Shown here one piece after another: positions 58,487 to 64,000 of a stretch of 64,000 bases of DNA; position 1 is the first letter of the stretch, and each line of letters starts with the position of its first letter. The DNA comes from Daphnia carinata. Lineage: Eukaryota. Under the pieces are notes generated by a model. The model worked only from the letters and a program-made list of their open reading frames with translations. It was not told the origin of the DNA and ran no database searches. Location of the stretch: NCBI RefSeq assembly GCF_022539665.2, contig NC_081333.1, forward strand, positions 3,286,001 to 3,350,000, in the 5' to 3' direction. A program made the translations under genes and the position numbers.

Positions 58487-61400
58487 GGGAATATTGCGAC
58501 ACAGAAATCAGCTGACCAAAACAGAAAAAAAAATTTTCTGAATCGCGATGTTCGCCAATGGAACATTATAATATAATTTACTGCTATTTTCCACACACAC
58601 ACACACACACACATAAAGGAGCAATTGTTGTATTGCTATTCGAATCGCAGATGAAACTGTCGTAAACATCATGGTACCTTTCTTTTCCACCGCGTGTCCA
58701 ACCCAGGTGACAGCATTTTTCGAACCTTATTGTTCAACTTTTTTTTTTTTTTTTTTTATTCTTAGCAAGGGTCCCCCCCCCCCCCCCTAGTAGCGCGTGT
58801 ATACAAAGAACAGTAAGAAGGGACTGTGCCGAAAAAAAAAGCAGTACACCCAGCAAGCCACCTTTAAAATATCCCAACAACTTGATATGTATATTGGACC
58901 AGGAGGGCAGATGTCGAAGCCAAAGTAACGTTTGAATTCGGTTGTCAACCATCTGGTTCTATTTTCTAACCCGCGCTCAAAGGAGAAAGCGGGGGAGACG
59001 TACATAATTTTTTTTTTTTTTATTCGAAAGATGCATCGTGGATATTATTATTTAATAAAAAAAAAATGAATGGGTGTGGGTACACGCCCCCCCCCCCCTT
59101 GCATTGTTGAGTCGATGTTGTATATTTAAAAAAAAAAAAAAAAATGTACGTTTCTTTTTCTCGTTTGTTCCGGGATGGATTGCGAAGAAATTGAGAGGTG
59201 CACCACACGCCTTCGAACTTTGATCGCTTGTTTTTGAAAAACGAAAATCGTGTGTGCTATTACCGGTCACGCGGGAAAACAAAGACGTCCGCAAACTACT
59301 CTCTTTGTTCTTTTGTTTTGTTTTTTTTTATTTGTTGTTGCTATTTTCTAGAGAACAAAAAAAAAAAACGTGTAAGTTGTATCGTTATCGCGTGCTGATC
59401 GCATCGGCACGACATGCACGTCTTTTGCTCGTTCAAATTGCCCGCCCTTTCCCCCCCCCCTCCTGTTTCATTCACGCACAGATGTAAGAGATACAATCGA
59501 CTGCCGTTCTGTTGGGACGATGAAATTACTAGCACCCGCTTGACAGCAGATCCAATTTCAAAAATCGCTTTCAATTGTTTGTTGTTTTGTTGTTTTTTTT
59601 TCAAATATGGTTGAACATTTTCAGCAATTCAATCTCAACCTTTTGAATAGGTCTCAGGGGTGGTCTATGGCACACTCCCGGATCTCTCTTTGTCTGAGGT
59701 CTACTTTGTCAATGAACGAACAAGGACAAAGAAAAATCTCGAGATTTGATTTTTTTTTTTTTATTTTATTTTTTTTTTTCACATTTCTTTTTGTTGAAAA
59801 GAAAGCGAAGAATTTAAATGCCGGACAAAAACAAGGGACCCCGACTTCTTATATTACGAGGGGTCGCCCGCCGTGAGCGGAACATGAACGACGAGCGATT
59901 TTTACCTCCGAAAGAAAACGTCTATAAAAGAAAAAAAAAAAAAAAAAAAAGAAGGGGGAAACGATCAAAAGAGGAAATGGCCTACACACACATACACACA
60001 CACACATACGTTATTTTTTTCTGAAGCAAAAAAAGAAAAATCCAGTCACAAGAAGAATACGAAAGAAAAAAAACAAATAGAATCGAAGAAGAACCGGAGG
60101 CGGTGCGGATGCGGGCGGTTCCGCTCAGGGCCTCCCTTTTCTCACTCCTCCTCCTCCCCCCCCCCCCCCCCAAAAAAAAAAAAAATGCACGGACTATTAA
60201 ACACATACGTATTGTAAAGAAGTTCTCTTGACTTTTAGCCGGACTTCTTCATATATTTTTTTTTTTTTTTTTTTGGGGGGGGGGGGTGGTTTAGTGGTTT
60301 CGGAGAGAAAATTAAAAAAAAATGAAGATCGTGATGAAAACAAGTGGGGGGGCCAATGAAGAACAAGCGTCGGACTTCCCACGTCCTCTTCGCATTACCG
60401 GGTGCATTCCTCCGCAACGGGCCGGTCGAACACACACAAAAAAAGGGGGGGGGGGGAGACCTATTGGTTTGTCTCTCTTTCGGAAACATCCACATGCGGA
60501 AGGATCGTTAAAATGGAGGAAGAAGAGGTGGTTTAGCCGGTGGGGGGGAGGTAGTAGTAGTAGTAGGAATACAGTAGTTTGACACTGGTCATCATTTGTT
60601 AAAGCCCCGAAAAAAAAAAAAAATGAGAGCTAACGGAGTTCTTGACTCGAATTTCCAATCAGTTTCCCATGAGAAAGAAAGAGAAAGAAAATGTCCAAAA
60701 CTGGCCAGTTCCAGTTTCTGCTCGATTAATGGCAAGATATCTCTTCTCTTTGTCTGGCGTTGGTGTAGTTTATCTGCAAAAGAACTCGAAACCGGAATCT
60801 CATTTTTTTTTTTCCAGGAACATTTCTTTTTCTGATGATATTGAACCAATATCCAGAGTACGTAGAGTTTGATTCAAACTTTCCCCATTTGTTTTTGTAA
60901 TCACAAGTTCGAAATGTTTCTACCACTGTAATTAGAATTCATTTCCCCTTTTTACTCTCTCTCCGTTTGGCATAGTTTCACCGTTTAAAATGTTTTTGAC
61001 GTTATGTCTTGCTATAAATCACGACATTCCAGACATCTAAACCATTTTGCCGACGTTCCAGTTTTTTTTTGTTTTTTTTCTCCCAGAATAATTCGCATGC
61101 AACTCACGTACATCTTTTTAATAAGTCGTTTTATTTATTTATTTTTTTTTTTATAGGAAGAACTGGAAGAGGCGCCAACACGAAAAAGCGGAGAGAAAGA
61201 AAAACCACTAGTCGGTCAATCGTGACGTCCCGCAAAGTTAATTTCCTTTCGGAGGGGACGATGAAAATGGTTTGTTCCTCCTCCTCCCCTTCTTCTTCTT
61301 CCTGCGCCCATCAAGCAAGAAGAAGTAAGAAAGAAAAAAAGTATCTATATATATATATATATATTTTTTTAAAGGTATATATATATATTAATCCGACTTC

Positions 61401-63182
61401 CGGTTCTTGATGGTCAGGTGTTTTTTAGTGGTTCTCCTCCCTCATCGAGCTGAGCCTTGTGGTGGAACATTTTCTCATTTTCATGAAAGGAGACGAGCTT
61501 ATGAGGACACACAGACACAAAAAAAAAAAAAGGAAATCTCCATTTTTTGTTCTGGCCAAGAATAGAGAAGTGGACTAACCAACCCGATGGTTTGTGTTTT
61601 TTGGCCAATGGTCATATACGGATTTCCACTTCTTTTTGGCCCAAGAGGGTTCGATGACAACGTCATGACAAAAGTTTGACAGTCTTCTCTCCAGTTTAAC
61701 CTTTTTTTTTTTTTTTTAGTGCCCCTCTCTTCGTTTTTTTTTAATGAGGTCATTAACAACAATGAGCTCTGAAGGGGGTTTTGCTTCTGCCTCATTTCCC
61801 TATCCCGTTTATGCGCACGTAATTATGAGAGACATGCAGTGTAGAGGCACTTGGCCAAAAGGGAAATGAAAGAAACGGATTGTCTTCAATCTCATCTCTT
61901 TTCACGACTAGTTTATTTCGCTAATGGCGACTCGCATACGTTTTTTTAAGCTTCTTTCCGTCTCCATTCGATTGCAATAATTCCCCTACAGAGTACTTAA
62001 GCATATCTTTCTCTCTCTTTTTTTTTATTGACAGGAAAAAAAAAAAATTTTACATTCTGCTGTTTTTTTTTTGTTTTTTTTTTTATAGATTGAAAAGAGT
62101 AGGAAAAAAGGTCGGAGCTAATGGAGTTTGGCAGAACTGTCTATCCCATTTTTTAATGATTTCTCAGACTACGTAAGGTATTCAAGCCTTCCATTTGTTA
62201 TGTTAATAAAACATGCAATGTTACTAAAAACATTACAGAGACAGACACGGTCTGGCCTTTTTTTTTTTTTTACTATTGGCAAAGACAAATTCCCAATCGT
62301 TTTTACGACCCTCTGAGGGTGGAAAGGAGCATCATCAACCTGACGGTATACATTTTGTTGATTCCTTTTACCTTTTTTTTTTTTTTATTTATTTATTTTC
62401 TTTTTTTTTTTTTTGAGCTAGCAGATATCGTGAGATGATGATGATGGTAATCCAGTAGCCGACAAAAACCAGTATTGTTACGACTGCCCTGAACTCGCTC
62501 AATTAACCTATGGCTGCTGTCTACCCTTGGCCTGCTCCTGCTGTTGTTACACAAGAAATCAATCGAATCGAGGAAAAAAAAAAAAAGGGGAGTGTCGTAA
62601 GGAGCATCAGAAAACCACCAGGGCAGTATAATGTATACTACTGCAGAAGGTAGAGAAGGATCAACACACGCAGAGAACCATCAACAAGTTCGGAAAGGGC
62701 CTTTGCCTTATTATTATTTCCCCCCTTTTTTTTTTTTTCTGTGTGTTTTATTTCTATTTTTACGATTCCCTAAGACTCCCCTTTTTCTTTCCTAATTTTC
62801 TCTTGTCTTTAAAAAAAAAAAAAAAAAAAAAAAGTTTTCTAGGCGCAAGAATCGAGAAGAAAGGAACAGGAATAGAAGCTGAGGCGGAAGAAGAAAAATA
62901 TATAAAAAAAAAAGAAAAGAAAAGGGGGCCGTGAGCACGGTTGGAACCGCGGAGCCCTCGAGGCGAGTCCATCTGCTTCGGAAGTGAGTGGGAGGGCTCT
63001 CCGACACCATCAAAAACTACTCGGCAAGCAGCGAGCAGCCAGCAGGAGAGCCCGAACTGAAATACATATATATATATATATATATTTTTTAAAAAGTGGG
63101 GGGGGGGGGGGGGGGGGGGGGGGACTATACCACACCATCTATAGTCACCGTACTATTTACTGGGACTACCGTACGGTCCTCG

Positions 63183-63212
63183 TCAGTTGAGTCTAAGCGA
63201 CGCGAGCCGAGT
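63183..63212 (+). promoter_or_regulatory. Putative Inr + MTE-like core promoter
   Basis: TCAGTT at 63183-63188 and CGAGCCGAG at 63203-63211, upstream of a signal-peptide exon. Confidence 0.45.
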
Positions 63213-63463
63213 GGGCTCATTCATAAGTCGGTATCGGCTCTGACAAGCCGCTGATTTTCGTCTTTCCTCTCTGAGCGTTAGACAACTCTTGATCTAAAAA
63301 CACAAGTGAAATTCAAGTTCTCTCGTTTATTTGTGGTTTTTGAAAAAAAAACATCGAAAAAGTTGTCAGAATCGGCCGCAAAATTTGTTTTCAAAGCAGA
63401 CGACTAAATCAGCAGACGACAGTCGTTTGATCACAGTGACATTTCGATCGTGGCATCATCAAC

Positions 63464-63515
63464 ATGGCTGGATTAATTGCCGTCTTGTCTCTGTTGGCTA
63501 TCATCGTGACTCCAG
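63464..63515 (+). CDS. First coding exon (signal peptide) of a secreted or membrane protein extending beyond the window
   Basis: caacATG GCT...: MAGLIAVLSLLAIIVTP, followed by a perfect phase-1 donor CAG|GTGAGT. Confidence 0.6.
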
Positions 63516-64000
63516 GTGAGTTTTTCTTTCTGTTTTTACATATTCAAATTCATTTGATTTCAAGGGGTTTCGTTATTTCACAAACAAAAAAGGGATCGTG
63601 TTCGTCATATTAAGTTTACTACCTCCCTCATGAAAAACAAGAAAGAAAGAAACCAATAAGGGCAGGGTTGAAAACGATAAGAATGAAGCCAGAAATAGAG
63701 CGATTAGCATTCCTTGTCAAAAGTCTTTGGGGCTTCGCATTCCCAATTTGACTACTCGTTTTCTTCTTTTTCTTCGTTTCCAAACTTCTTTATTGCTCGC
63801 GGTCTATTAAGTAAAACCGGATAGGTGTCAAAGGTCGCGGGTTACGGGAGTCACGATCTTCTTTTCTTTCAACTTAGGAATTCCTTCTATTCGTTCCTTG
63901 TGGCTTTTTTTTTTTTTTTTTTTTTTTGAAAGAAAAAGGAGGGTGAAACTCGAGAGAAACCACCCCACACACACATAAGAAACTGGATTACCCAAAAAAG

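Overview
Eukaryotic genomic DNA, AT-rich, with many short (~55-90 nt) GT-AG introns. The gene content and style point to a branchiopod crustacean, probably Daphnia (inferred, not proven). I spliced the genes by hand. In order they are: a decayed multi-exon pseudogene (1-1418, -); a repeat patch (1540-2450); a secreted CUB-type protein (-); CUEDC2 (-); a scarface/masquerade-like clip-domain serine-protease homolog (-); ArfGAP2/3 (-) head-to-head with an MTUS1/CCDC69/toucan-like coiled-coil gene (+) that appears to have two alternative first exons; three small inverted-repeat elements (34.6-36.3 kb); tRNA-Ala(CGC); a compact island of four orphan-like genes (38.5-42.6 kb); Hook (-); a WDR49/WDY-like WD40 gene (-); and the first, signal-peptide exon of a gene that runs off the right end. 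Two observations stand out. (1) A two-exon, 146-aa prepropeptide at 39918-40421 has a signal peptide, an acidic duplicated propiece, an RKKR furin site and a +6 amphipathic 17-mer (DVGKKILKLLKKASKKL), with a kappaB-like site ~60 bp upstream of its TATA box. This makes it a candidate antimicrobial peptide in a lineage where classical AMP genes were reported missing. (2) A 373-codon in-frame ORF inside a Hook intron, with a downstream AATAAA, would replace Hook's cargo-binding C-terminus with a novel disordered tail. All family assignments come from motif recognition; no searches were run.
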